DNA of 50,905 nucleotides from Candidatus Veblenbacteria bacterium (lineage in GTDB: Bacteria; Patescibacteriota; Patescibacteriia; Veblenbacterales; UBA10138). The position numbers were made by a program, and so were the translations under genes. The notes below the pieces were generated by a model, which was not told the origin of the DNA, searched no databases, and worked only from the letters and a program-made list of their open reading frames with translations. The stretch spans positions 1-50,905 of the forward strand of contig JAUYKG010000031.1 of NCBI GenBank assembly GCA_030700105.1, in the 5' to 3' direction. This document shows, one piece after another, positions 18,901 through 26,135 of this stretch; position 1 is the stretch's first letter, and each line of letters opens with the position of its first letter.

Positions 18901-18929
18901 ATTTTACTGATTCTACGGCTCTACAGCAA
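18901..18929 (-). promoter_or_regulatory. Putative sigma70-type promoter of ileS
   Basis: On the minus strand: TTGCTG (18929-18924), a 17-nt spacer, then TAAAAT (18906-18901). The -10 element ends only 10 nt before ATG 18890, which implies a very short leader. Confidence 0.35.
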
Positions 18930-19006
18930 GCTTGCCCCGACGCGGCGGGGTTGACTATCCGGCAAAATAGTGTAAGGTATCAACAAAACAAAAAGGAATT
19001 TAAAAA

Positions 19007-19432
19007 ATGGATCCGCTTACTATACTAATCTGGTTTGCACTAATCCTCTTTGTCTGGCACATACGGAACCTCTATAAAATAACTTCGCCAGAGGCCAACC
19101 GCGCCAAAAGACTAACCGCCATTAGAGATTGGCTGGAAGAATGCAACGAGCCTCCTGCCCGAGTCAAGGATATAATCATACTTGCTCAGGGCAAGGGTAG
19201 TATCACGTATCTGCCGGAATTGAACGGCTCACTGCGGGAAAGCATAAAAGCCATCTACGAAATAGGCGGGATAGAATATGTACTGGGACTTACATACAAG
19301 GATGGCGAGCTTGAAAAGGTTAGGGAGAATGGCAAAGAGATAAACACAAATCTGCCTCCCAACCAGTACATCTTGGCACACAAGATATTAGAGATGTGCC
19401 AGCAGGTTTGGAATAATGCAACAAAAAATTAA
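19007..19432 (+). CDS. Hypothetical small membrane-anchored protein
   Basis: 141 aa. N-terminal TM (LTILIWFALILFVWHI). AAGGA lies 11 nt upstream of ATG 19007. AT-rich. No recognisable domain. Confidence 0.5.
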   Translation: MDPLTILIWFALILFVWHIRNLYKITSPEANRAKRLTAIRDWLEECNEPPARVKDIIILAQGKGSITYLPELNGSLRESIKAIYEIGGIEYVLGLTYKDGELEKVRENGKEINTNLPPNQYILAHKILEMCQQVWNNATKN

Positions 19433-19467
19433 AAATGCTCGAACGAACACACGTCGGGCATTTTTTC
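19424..19467. terminator. Bidirectional rho-independent terminator
   Basis: ATGCTCGA (19435-19442) pairs with TCGGGCAT (19454-19461), with one G-U. It is flanked by an A-run on the left and TTTTTT on the right, so either strand reads a hairpin followed by a U-run. Confidence 0.6.
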
Positions 19468-19472
19468 TATCC

Positions 19473-19506
19473 CCCATAGTACTATTCTATAGAATAGTAC
19501 TATGGG
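19473..19506. repeat. 34-bp perfect palindrome
   Basis: CCCATAGTACTATTCTA | TAGAATAGTACTATGGG. The two 17-nt arms are exact reverse complements with no spacer. It sits between convergent genes, next to the terminator. Confidence 0.9.
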
Positions 19507-19532
19507 AACACAGGCTGGATTCAAAAAATTTC

Positions 19533-19964
19533 TTATCTGGAGCCGGAGCTAAACTGCTCAATCGCTTTTACTACTTTGGAGTCCTGCTTGAGTGTTTCTA
19601 TGAACAGTACATGCTCCCTACTTATTCTCATCTCATCAGTCGGGCCATGCAACTCCGCTCCAAGTTTTACGAGTGCGAGATCCTGTGGCTGCTGCTCACC
19701 ACCTGCCTGCAGCGGGCCCGAAGTCTGCAGATAGTAAATGTGGCGAAGGACCACGGTGTCGGGGGTCAAGCGCGCCACATTGCCGAAGTAAACCTGGCCA
19801 TTGGAAAGGAATACCGCCTGCCAGCCTGGCATAGGCAGCCACCAATTGCGCTGGAAGCTAAACCACAACCCGCTCATTAATACCAACACGATTATTAAAA
19901 CTACCCAGGGCCAAGTACGAGTTGCCCGGGGTGCTGTATAACCAGTCTGAGAATTGAAATCCAT
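19533..19964 (-). CDS. Hypothetical single-pass membrane protein
   Basis: 143 aa with ATG at 19964. One TM (WPWVVLIIVLVLMSGLWF), then a soluble domain. No recognisable motif. Confidence 0.5.
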   Translation of the reverse strand: MDFNSQTGYTAPRATRTWPWVVLIIVLVLMSGLWFSFQRNWWLPMPGWQAVFLSNGQVYFGNVARLTPDTVVLRHIYYLQTSGPLQAGGEQQPQDLALVKLGAELHGPTDEMRISREHVLFIETLKQDSKVVKAIEQFSSGSR

Positions 19965-19991
19965 ACGTTGGTAAGTATAGCAGAGTCCAGC

Positions 19992-21710
19992 CTACATCTT
20001 CTCCACCACCCCTATACCCAGAATCCCCAAGCCTTCTTTAAGAACATCCGCTGCTACGCGCACCAAGTTAAGTCGTAAGCTGCGCAGCTTGGGCTCGGCT
20101 TTTAGAACCGGGACGGCGTGGTAAAAGGAATTCACCTGGGTGGCGAGTTCATACAGGTAAGCGGCCAACAGGTGCGGCCCCTGCTCCTCGGCCGCGCGGC
20201 GTAACTGCTCGGGGTAGCGCGTAAGTAGGCGCAGCATACTAAGGTCCGCCTCATTGGCGTGCGCCAAAACGGCGCTCCCCGCTGCGCGACCACTCACCTT
20301 GCCTGCTTTGCGCAGAATACTCTTTAACCTCACGTAACTGTACTGCAAATATGGTGCACTGTTCCCGTCCAGTGAGAGCATTTTCTCCCAATTAAAGGTG
20401 ATGTCAGTAAGCCGGTTCTGCGACAGGTCGTTATACTTAACCGCCCCCATGCCCACGGTTTCGGCTATACGGTCCTTAAGCTTGGCCGACAAGCTGGGAT
20501 TTTTGGCCTGCACCACCTTGCGCGCCAGCTCCCGTGCCTTGTCCAGCACTTCTCCCAAGGGGATAATCCTGCCCTCGCGCGTGGCCAGTTTCTGCTTGTC
20601 CTCTCCCAAGATCTGCCCGAACTTCACGTGCCGCAAGATTGTGTTACCGGCGTAGCCAGCCAGTTTGGCGACCGCGAACACCTGATCAAAGTGGAGTGAT
20701 TGCTCATTGCCCACCACATAGAGTATCTGTTGCGCTTTAAACCGCTTCACGCGGTAGCGAATAGCGGCCAGGTCGCGCGTGGCATAAAGCGAACCGCCGT
20801 CCGACTTCTGAATAAGACAAGGCGGCAGCCCCTCAGCCTGCAAGTGCACCACCACCGAACCGTCTTCGTTCCTCACCGCCAGCTTTTGACGAAGTAAATC
20901 GGTAACCACGCCCTTGAGCATCGGCTCGTAAAAGCTCTCTCCTAGTACGTGGGTGAAATTTACCCCCAAACGCCGGTAGAACACATTGAACTCTTTTACC
21001 GACTCGCGCTTAAACCAATTCCACAGTGCCCGGTTCTCGCGATTCCCCTTCTCTAGCCTTAGAAACTCTTGCTGTCCCTCGACTTCCAGCTCTGGTTCGC
21101 GCTTCATTTCTTCGTGGAACTTAACGTACAACCTAAGCATTTCACTAATCGGCTGGCGGCGCACCTGCTCGCGCTTGCCCCAGCGCTTGTAAGCGGCAAT
21201 AAGTTTGCCGAACTGTGTGCCCCAATCTCCCAGGTGGTTCAAGCGCAAAACCGGAGCGCCTAAAGCCTGAAACATATTGGCCAAGGCCGCACCGATGATG
21301 GTGGAGCGAATATGCCCCACGTGCATGGGCTTGGCAATGTTGGGGCTGGAAAATTCAACCAGCACGCGCCTGCCTCGTAGTATGGCGCGCGGTGCGGGTT
21401 TGGTGAGTTCAGCTAACTGCTTAAAGCACGTGGCGGGCTTAAGCCAAAAATTGATAAAGCCCGGGCCAGCCACCTCCACCCGCGCACAGGCTGAACGCAC
21501 CAGGCGTGAATCTGCTAGTTCGCGGCGTATAGCCTCAGCCGCCTCCTTGGCTGGCACGCCCCACTTGCTCGCTATCTTGAGGGCAGCGTTGCTGGTGAAA
21601 TCACCGTGCGCCATATCGCGCACCGGCTGTACCTCAACCTCACCCTCGCTTAGCTGGTAGTGCTTGTGAGCGGCTTTGGCAACTTCGGCTTGTAATTTTT
21701 GCGATAACAT
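19992..21710 (-). CDS. argS: Arginine--tRNA ligase
   Basis: 572 aa. HIGH region SSPNIAKPMHVGHIRS and the DALR anticodon-binding C-terminus ending VVEKM. Confidence 0.92.
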   Translation of the reverse strand: MLSQKLQAEVAKAAHKHYQLSEGEVEVQPVRDMAHGDFTSNAALKIASKWGVPAKEAAEAIRRELADSRLVRSACARVEVAGPGFINFWLKPATCFKQLAELTKPAPRAILRGRRVLVEFSSPNIAKPMHVGHIRSTIIGAALANMFQALGAPVLRLNHLGDWGTQFGKLIAAYKRWGKREQVRRQPISEMLRLYVKFHEEMKREPELEVEGQQEFLRLEKGNRENRALWNWFKRESVKEFNVFYRRLGVNFTHVLGESFYEPMLKGVVTDLLRQKLAVRNEDGSVVVHLQAEGLPPCLIQKSDGGSLYATRDLAAIRYRVKRFKAQQILYVVGNEQSLHFDQVFAVAKLAGYAGNTILRHVKFGQILGEDKQKLATREGRIIPLGEVLDKARELARKVVQAKNPSLSAKLKDRIAETVGMGAVKYNDLSQNRLTDITFNWEKMLSLDGNSAPYLQYSYVRLKSILRKAGKVSGRAAGSAVLAHANEADLSMLRLLTRYPEQLRRAAEEQGPHLLAAYLYELATQVNSFYHAVPVLKAEPKLRSLRLNLVRVAADVLKEGLGILGIGVVEKM

Positions 21711-21811
21711 AAAATTCCTATCCTATAATCAAATATCATTTCATCTCCCGCAGGGGGATAACGTTCCTTAAGTATAGAGGCTGCTACCAGTTCTTGTGAA
21801 GCAACCACCAA

Positions 21812-21841
21812 CAAAAACCGCCCCTGCGCTTAGCGGGGCGG
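21812..21841 (-). terminator. Rho-independent terminator after rplT
   Basis: On the minus strand: CCGCCCC, loop gctaagcgca, GGGGCGG, followed by TTTTTGTTGG. It lies 17 nt after the rplT stop. Confidence 0.8.
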
Positions 21842-21857
21842 GTTTACTTACATAAAC

Positions 21858-22208
21858 CTATTGCTTCTTCACCACTTCTACTATCTTGTTGAAAATTGCT
21901 GGGTACTCGCGCGCCAGCTGGGACAGAATCTTTCTATCCAATTCAATCTTATGCTTCTTTAGGAGGTTAATAAACCGGCTGTAAGAAAGACCGTGCGGCC
22001 GAACGGCAGCGTTAATCTGAATCTGCCACAAGCGGCGGAAATCGGCCTTGCGGTCGCGGCGGTGGGCAAAGGCGTACACACCAGCCTTGCGTGCGGCTAC
22101 TTTGGCTAGCGTAATCTTGCTCTTGCGGCCCCAGCGGTAGCCCTTGGTGCGTTTAAGGAGATTCTTGCGGCGCTTTAAGTGCATCATGCCGCGCTTCACT
22201 CGTGCCAT
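21858..22208 (-). CDS. rplT: 50S ribosomal protein L20
   Basis: 116 aa. MARVKRG....RRK..L...KGY.G is the canonical L20 N-terminus. Confidence 0.95.
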   Translation of the reverse strand: MARVKRGMMHLKRRKNLLKRTKGYRWGRKSKITLAKVAARKAGVYAFAHRRDRKADFRRLWQIQINAAVRPHGLSYSRFINLLKKHKIELDRKILSQLAREYPAIFNKIVEVVKKQ

Positions 22209-22231
22209 AGGAAAAAGTAGAGAGAATTAAC

Positions 22232-22426
22232 TTAAGCCCGGAAAATAAGCTTGCGAATGGCCGGCACGTTCACCTTGGCAACGGCAACATCGCGCCGCTT
22301 GCGGCGCGTAACCACGCCCGATTCGCGTGCGTTAAAATGGTCCTGGCCGGCCGTACGCTTCATGAACTTGCCCTTGGCCGTAACCCGAAACCGTTTAGCG
22401 GTAGCTTTGTGAGTTTTTACCTTCAT
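22232..22426 (-). CDS. rpmI: 50S ribosomal protein L35
   Basis: 64 aa. MKVKTHKATAKRFRVTAKGKF..R.AG..H is the canonical L35 pattern. Confidence 0.93.
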   Translation of the reverse strand: MKVKTHKATAKRFRVTAKGKFMKRTAGQDHFNARESGVVTRRKRRDVAVAKVNVPAIRKLIFRA

Positions 22427-22440
22427 AGTGTAGTTAAAAG

Positions 22441-23037
22441 TTATACCTGTTCTACCTGCTCGCCCGTGGTGGGCGAATCGTCAGCGACCGGTGTGTCCGG
22501 CCCTTGCGTGGGGCGTGGGGCGCCTTTCTTACGGCCTACTTGTAAGCTCAGCCGGCCGCCCTGGCGGGAAAAAGGAACTTCCACCACCACGTCCGCGCCG
22601 AGCGCGGCCACGAACTTACGAATGATGTCCTGCGCCATGTCCAGGTGCGCCCGCTCGCGGCCCCGCAGCACCATTTCCACTCGCACCTTGTGGCCCTCAT
22701 CCAAGAAGCGCGAGGCTGCCCTAAGGCGCACCGCGCGATCGTGCTCGCCGATCTTAAAGGAAATACGTACGCCCTTAATTTCAACCCGCTTAACTTTTGT
22801 TTTTTGCGCCCGCAGCAGCTTCTGCTGCTTGTACTGGAACTGGCCAAAGTCCATTATTTTGGCAATGGGCGGCTTAGCGGCGGGATTAACCTCCACTAAA
22901 TCAAAGCCCGCTTCTTGGGCCATCTTCAGTGCTTGCGAGGTTGGCACCACTCCGTGCGGTTTACCCGATTCGTCAATCAACTGTAGTTCGGGTATGCGGA
23001 TGAAGTGGTTTATCCGGTAACGGGGCTGTTCGCGCAA
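22441..23037 (-). CDS. infC: Translation initiation factor IF-3
   Basis: RINHFIRIPELQLIDESG N-domain, then KIMDFGQFQYKQQK linker and C-domain. The start codon at 23037 is TTG. There is an in-frame TAA 9 codons upstream and no ATG/GTG between. infC-rpmI-rplT gene order. Confidence 0.9.
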   Translation of the reverse strand: MREQPRYRINHFIRIPELQLIDESGKPHGVVPTSQALKMAQEAGFDLVEVNPAAKPPIAKIMDFGQFQYKQQKLLRAQKTKVKRVEIKGVRISFKIGEHDRAVRLRAASRFLDEGHKVRVEMVLRGRERAHLDMAQDIIRKFVAALGADVVVEVPFSRQGGRLSLQVGRKKGAPRPTQGPDTPVADDSPTTGEQVEQV

Positions 23038-23073
23038 ATGAAAAAATAACGCTAATGAATCTTAAAAAACTTA

Positions 23074-23454
23074 TGGTGGAGGTGACGGGGTTCGCACCCG
23101 TGTCTAGTTCGTTCGCGTGCCGCCAGGTCCAAGCTCAGTGCCGCTTTATTACCGGAAATTACGTTAAGCGACACAAAATCGCAATTCCGGTTGTCTCTGG
23201 TTCTAGGTTGGTCCCCGAGACAAGAACCATACCGAGCTCGATGAATGGCGTCCCCGTAAGCTATCGAGCATTACCCGCGGGAACGGCCTTGGCAATTAAG
23301 CGAAGGCTGGAGCAAAGTTCAGCTGAGCAAAAGCCCCGCGAACTTTAGCTACAAATGATTTGGCATTTGTAGGGTTGGCGTGTTGGTAACGGAGAACACC
23401 GGCTCCGGCCTGCTAGCAAACACCCTTACGAACTATCGAAGTGTAAACACCCCC
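23074..23454 (-). ncRNA. ssrA: tmRNA (SsrA), one-piece
   Basis: The minus strand starts GGGGGTGTTTACACTTCGATAG and ends ACGGG-TGCGAAC-CCCGT-CACCTCC-ACCA. That gives a 7-bp acceptor stem with G3:U70, a T-arm, and an encoded CCA. An internal tag frame ends ...AQLNFAPAFA-TAA (TAA at 23298-23296). It lies directly downstream of smpB. Confidence 0.85.
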
Positions 23455-23499
23455 CACCACTAGCCAATAGCGATTAGCCACTAGCGGGGGTTGTCTAAC

Positions 23500-23946
23500 C
23501 TATCTTTTTAACGTGCGCCGAATTTCCCGTTCGGTCTCCCGCTTGCGCAAGCTTGCGCGCTTGTCGTAGCGGGTTTTACCCCTGGCCACACCAAGTTCAA
23601 CCTTAATAAACCTGTGCGAAGTATACAGAGAAAGCGGCACTACTGTCAAGCCGTGCTGTCTCAGCTTGCCACCCAGATACGAAAGTTCATGAGCGCCCAA
23701 GAGTAGTTTGCGATCGCGCTCCGGCTGGTACCCCACCTGCTCGCGCTGGGCCGGCGCGTACGGCGCCACGTGCATACCGGTAAGCCAGAGCTCTTGCCCT
23801 TTTGGTATTACAAAAGTACCCTGCAGGTTGGCGCGGCCACCTTTAATGGCTTTTACCTCCGGGCCGGTGAGCACCAAACCGGCCTCAAACTTCTCCAAAA
23901 TGGAGTAGTCGTGCCGGGCGCGACGATTCTCTGCTAATACTGGCAT
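23500..23946 (-). CDS. smpB: SsrA-binding protein SmpB
   Basis: 148 aa. ENRRARHDYSILEKFEAGLVLTGPEVKAIKGG is the canonical SmpB N-terminus. Confidence 0.93.
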   Translation of the reverse strand: MPVLAENRRARHDYSILEKFEAGLVLTGPEVKAIKGGRANLQGTFVIPKGQELWLTGMHVAPYAPAQREQVGYQPERDRKLLLGAHELSYLGGKLRQHGLTVVPLSLYTSHRFIKVELGVARGKTRYDKRASLRKRETEREIRRTLKR

Positions 23947-24012
23947 ACGCCTTGTATTGTAGAGGGTTTGGGCTTAAAAGGCACTCCTAGTTAGCTGTTC
24001 AGACCTCCCCTC

Positions 24013-24040
24013 TTGACAAATTCTGTGGTTGTGCTATGCT
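24013..24040 (+). promoter_or_regulatory. Putative sigma70-type promoter, island unit A
   Basis: TTGACA (24013-24018), a 16-nt spacer, then TATGCT (24035-24040). Confidence 0.5.
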
Positions 24041-24080
24041 TAGCTGTTTTACAAGTTTCGAACGTTATTTAACAAATAAA

Positions 24081-24185
24081 AAAGCCTGTGCGCGTGGTAG
24101 TTAGCTGAAGCTTACGCTAATTGCCTTTGGCATACCGCCAGGCTGAAATTCAAAACCCGACAATGCCAGTTGGGAAAAATAGGAG
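24081..24185 (+). promoter_or_regulatory. Structured 5' leader, copy 1 (candidate cis-regulatory pseudoknot RNA)
   Basis: P1 GCCTG/CAGGC (24084-88/24139-43). P2 GGTAGTTAGC/GCTAATTGCC (24096-105/24116-125). P3 CCCGAC/GTTGGG (24156-61/24169-74). The P3 loop ATGCCA pairs with TGGCAT (24128-33). SD AGGAG at 24181-85. It aligns with copy 2. Confidence 0.55.
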
Positions 24186-24192
24186 TAATAAA

Positions 24193-24615
24193 ATGAAAAA
24201 AGGATGGATAATAGCCATCATCATATTGGGTCTGATGACAGCATTTAATACCTTTGTCACGGTGGGTACGACTACAATGAGTATCCCTGGGGTGGATTGG
24301 GTAAAATTTATCCAAAATACATCGGATAGCAATGATTCTATCCATGCGGCTCAGATTGAAATGCTGAGAGATGAGATATATTATAATGATGATTTTTCCG
24401 GATCAAACATTGACTATATTGAATCAGAGCTGGAGGAGCTTGATACTACCACAATGAAGATTCAGCCAACGCCAGTTGCTGAAGTTGGAGAAGGGGAAGA
24501 AGAAACGGTGGAAGCGGAACAGCCCGAATCCACTGGAGAAGTTATTGTACCGGATTCGCAGGAAGTGAAAAATCCGGTAAAGAAAATCTCAAAGAGAAAA
24601 AGCATTTTTAAATAA
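24193..24615 (+). CDS. Orphan small single-pass membrane protein with acidic ectodomain and basic C-tail
   Basis: 140 aa from ATG 24193, with AGGAG 8 nt upstream. The track ORF begins at TTG 24121, inside the leader. TM WIIAIIILGLMTAFNTFVTV. Glu-rich stretch and a KKISKRKSIFK tail. AT-rich. Confidence 0.55.
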   Translation: MKKGWIIAIIILGLMTAFNTFVTVGTTTMSIPGVDWVKFIQNTSDSNDSIHAAQIEMLRDEIYYNDDFSGSNIDYIESELEELDTTTMKIQPTPVAEVGEGEEETVEAEQPESTGEVIVPDSQEVKNPVKKISKRKSIFK

Positions 24616-24625
24616 AGGAGTAACA

Positions 24626-25144
24626 ATGAAAACAATAATATTAACTTTAGCAGTTATCTGCTTCCTCTCCCTCTTTTCAGTGCCCACCTCAGCTCAGTAT
24701 TATTTCGCCGAAAATAAAGCTGAGCGTGATTCAATGGTTGCAATTCTACAGGCTGCGGTTGAAAATAATCAACCAATCACTGCGGAACTTCTGGAAATTG
24801 CACTTGCTGTTGCTGGTGACAACATCGTCGCCACAACCTTGAAAGCAGGGCACAATGAGTATGTCTCGATGCCCAGTAAATATCCGCACGGCTTAATGAG
24901 CAATGTGCTAACCGACCTCAACCAGTTAAAACAAAACCCAACAAATTCTACCGATAATTCTGGCCAATTGATCGATCTTGATAAAAAGGTTACTGAGGTA
25001 ACCGGAAGGGTTAATGACGTGGAGGAATTTATCGTAACTGATAATCCTACGCGCCGAACTGAGATCATGAGCGGAATGATATTCCGCTTCTCAGAGAGAC
25101 AGAAAAATGGCGTTGAGATTATAACGCCACCCTACAAAAAGTAA
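24626..25144 (+). CDS. Orphan secreted protein (Sec signal peptide)
   Basis: 172 aa. Signal peptide MKTIILTLAVICFLSLFSVPTSA|QYY. AAGGAG lies 7 nt upstream. It starts 10 nt after the previous stop, so it is in the same operon. Confidence 0.55.
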   Translation: MKTIILTLAVICFLSLFSVPTSAQYYFAENKAERDSMVAILQAAVENNQPITAELLEIALAVAGDNIVATTLKAGHNEYVSMPSKYPHGLMSNVLTDLNQLKQNPTNSTDNSGQLIDLDKKVTEVTGRVNDVEEFIVTDNPTRRTEIMSGMIFRFSERQKNGVEIITPPYKK

Positions 25145-25159
25145 TCCCACCGATTTTAA

Positions 25160-25197
25160 AAGGAGTACGTCGTCCTGATGTACTCCTTGTTTATTTT
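25160..25197 (+). terminator. Rho-independent terminator of island unit A
   Basis: AAGGAGTAC (25160-68) pairs with GTACTCCTT (25180-88). GTTTATTTT follows. Confidence 0.75.
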
Positions 25198-25216
25198 AGG
25201 GCTTAGCTTGAAGGGC

Positions 25217-25245
25217 TTGACAGATTATAAGCATTGTATTAAGAT
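25217..25245 (+). promoter_or_regulatory. Putative sigma70-type promoter, island unit B
   Basis: TTGACA (25217-25222), a 17-nt spacer, then TAAGAT (25240-25245). Its distance to the leader matches unit A (66 vs 71 nt from the -35 to the GCCT of P1). Confidence 0.5.
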
Positions 25246-25279
25246 AGTTTCTTAACTGAGTAAAAATAACAAAAAATAA

Positions 25280-25382
25280 AAAGCCTCGGCGTGGTAGTAG
25301 CTAACTGTTTAGCCCACTACCTTCGGCATACGCCACAGGCTAACATTAAAAACCCAGATATGCCTTCTGGGAGATAAAGGAG
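25280..25382 (+). promoter_or_regulatory. Structured 5' leader, copy 2 (candidate cis-regulatory pseudoknot RNA)
   Basis: P1 GCCT/AGGC (25283-86/25337-40). P2 GGTAGT+GCTAA / TTAGC+ACTACC (25293-304/25309-321). P3 CCCAGA/TCTGGG (25353-58/25366-71). The P3 loop TATGCC pairs with GGCATA (25325-30). SD AAGGAG at 25377-82. Confidence 0.55.
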
Positions 25383-25387
25383 CTATA

Positions 25388-25810
25388 ATGAGAAAGACAT
25401 TTTTGGGAATGGATAGGTTTGATTGGACAGGCATCGGCATAATTATGGTCATCTGTTTTGGATTTTGTGCCTATCAAATTTCAAAAGTCAGCGATCCGGT
25501 GGGCATCGCTCTTAAGAATCTTGGCTTTGATAAAAAAGACCCAGAATTATATATACCAAAGCAAGGTTCAGTTTTGTCCACTTTGTCGAGCGATATGTAC
25601 GAATCACAGCTTGAAAAAAAGCCTACTCAGTTAACCACATCTATCACTCGCGCTATCCAACCTCCCCCACCGCAGACTGTGGTTAATAAAGAAAAACATC
25701 TTACAACTTCCTATAGTCCCGCTATGACAAAAAATGACACTCTGTCGACCGTCAAAATTCTGACCGAAACTCCTAAAAAAACCCCCAAACGAAAATTGAT
25801 TTTGCAATAG
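25388..25810 (+). CDS. Orphan small single-pass membrane protein with basic C-tail
   Basis: 140 aa. TM GIGIIMVICFGFCAYQI. Ser/Thr/Pro-rich ectodomain. C-terminal KKTPKRKLILQ resembles the tail of the 24193 protein. AT-rich. Confidence 0.5.
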   Translation: MRKTFLGMDRFDWTGIGIIMVICFGFCAYQISKVSDPVGIALKNLGFDKKDPELYIPKQGSVLSTLSSDMYESQLEKKPTQLTTSITRAIQPPPPQTVVNKEKHLTTSYSPAMTKNDTLSTVKILTETPKKTPKRKLILQ

Positions 25811-25835
25811 CATCCACCCCTACCAAAAAATACCC

Positions 25836-25875
25836 ATCAGAGGACATCGCCCGGTGTACTCTGATTTTATTTTTA
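25836..25875 (+). terminator. Rho-independent terminator of island unit B
   Basis: ATCAGAG (25836-42) pairs with CTCTGAT (25859-65), with inner ACA/TGT pairs. TTTTATTTTT follows. Confidence 0.6.
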
Positions 25876-25881
25876 GGCAAC

Positions 25882-26129
25882 AAAAAACCAGCTAATGTTG
25901 CTGGTAAACACCAGGGCGACGGCCCCCAACCTCATCCATATAAAACAACTGGGCCCAAGCGCGCCTAAGGCCCACCTGGAGCCGGTACCATAACGTGCTA
26001 TCTCGGTGGGTGCGCCAGGAACAGGCACAGCGATGGTGAGCGCCGCCGCGCGACCGCGTGGGGTGGAATTGGTACATACGGTGCTTTGTTTTTATTTTTG
26101 GCGCCTCTTACCTTTTATCTGAGGCTAAC
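25882..26129 (-). ncRNA. Candidate small RNA (about 250 nt) of unknown class
   Basis: Bounded by a near-consensus promoter (26164-26136) and a minus-strand hairpin ACCAGC-aacatta-GCTGGT followed by TTTTTG (25905-25882). It has a GC-rich core in an AT-rich context. The only ORF (61 aa, 25892-26077) has no SD and an implausible Arg/His/Trp/Cys-rich composition. Confidence 0.4.
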
Positions 26130-26135
26130 ACATTC

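Noticed and set aside
23055-23348. 97-aa plus-strand ORF in the infC-smpB intergenic region
   Set aside because: It lies entirely antisense to a sequence that folds as tmRNA (acceptor stem with G3:U70, T-arm, CCA end, tag frame). It has no SD and an unremarkable composition. It is an ORF-caller artefact.
24081-24185. Leader as a known riboswitch (ZTP/pfl-like because of CCGCCAGGC, or preQ1/SAM-II/fluoride-type pseudoknots)
   Set aside because: Only a short fortuitous resemblance to the ZTP 3' box was seen. The other conserved ZTP elements, and the consensus cores of the other pseudoknot riboswitches I can recall, are absent. This needs an Rfam scan to settle.
25892-26077. 61-aa ORF inside the candidate sRNA, considered as a real small protein
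   Set aside because: It has no Shine-Dalgarno within range of the ATG. It is rich in Arg, His, Trp and Cys, with no hydrophobic core or signal. A non-coding interpretation is favoured, but with only moderate confidence.
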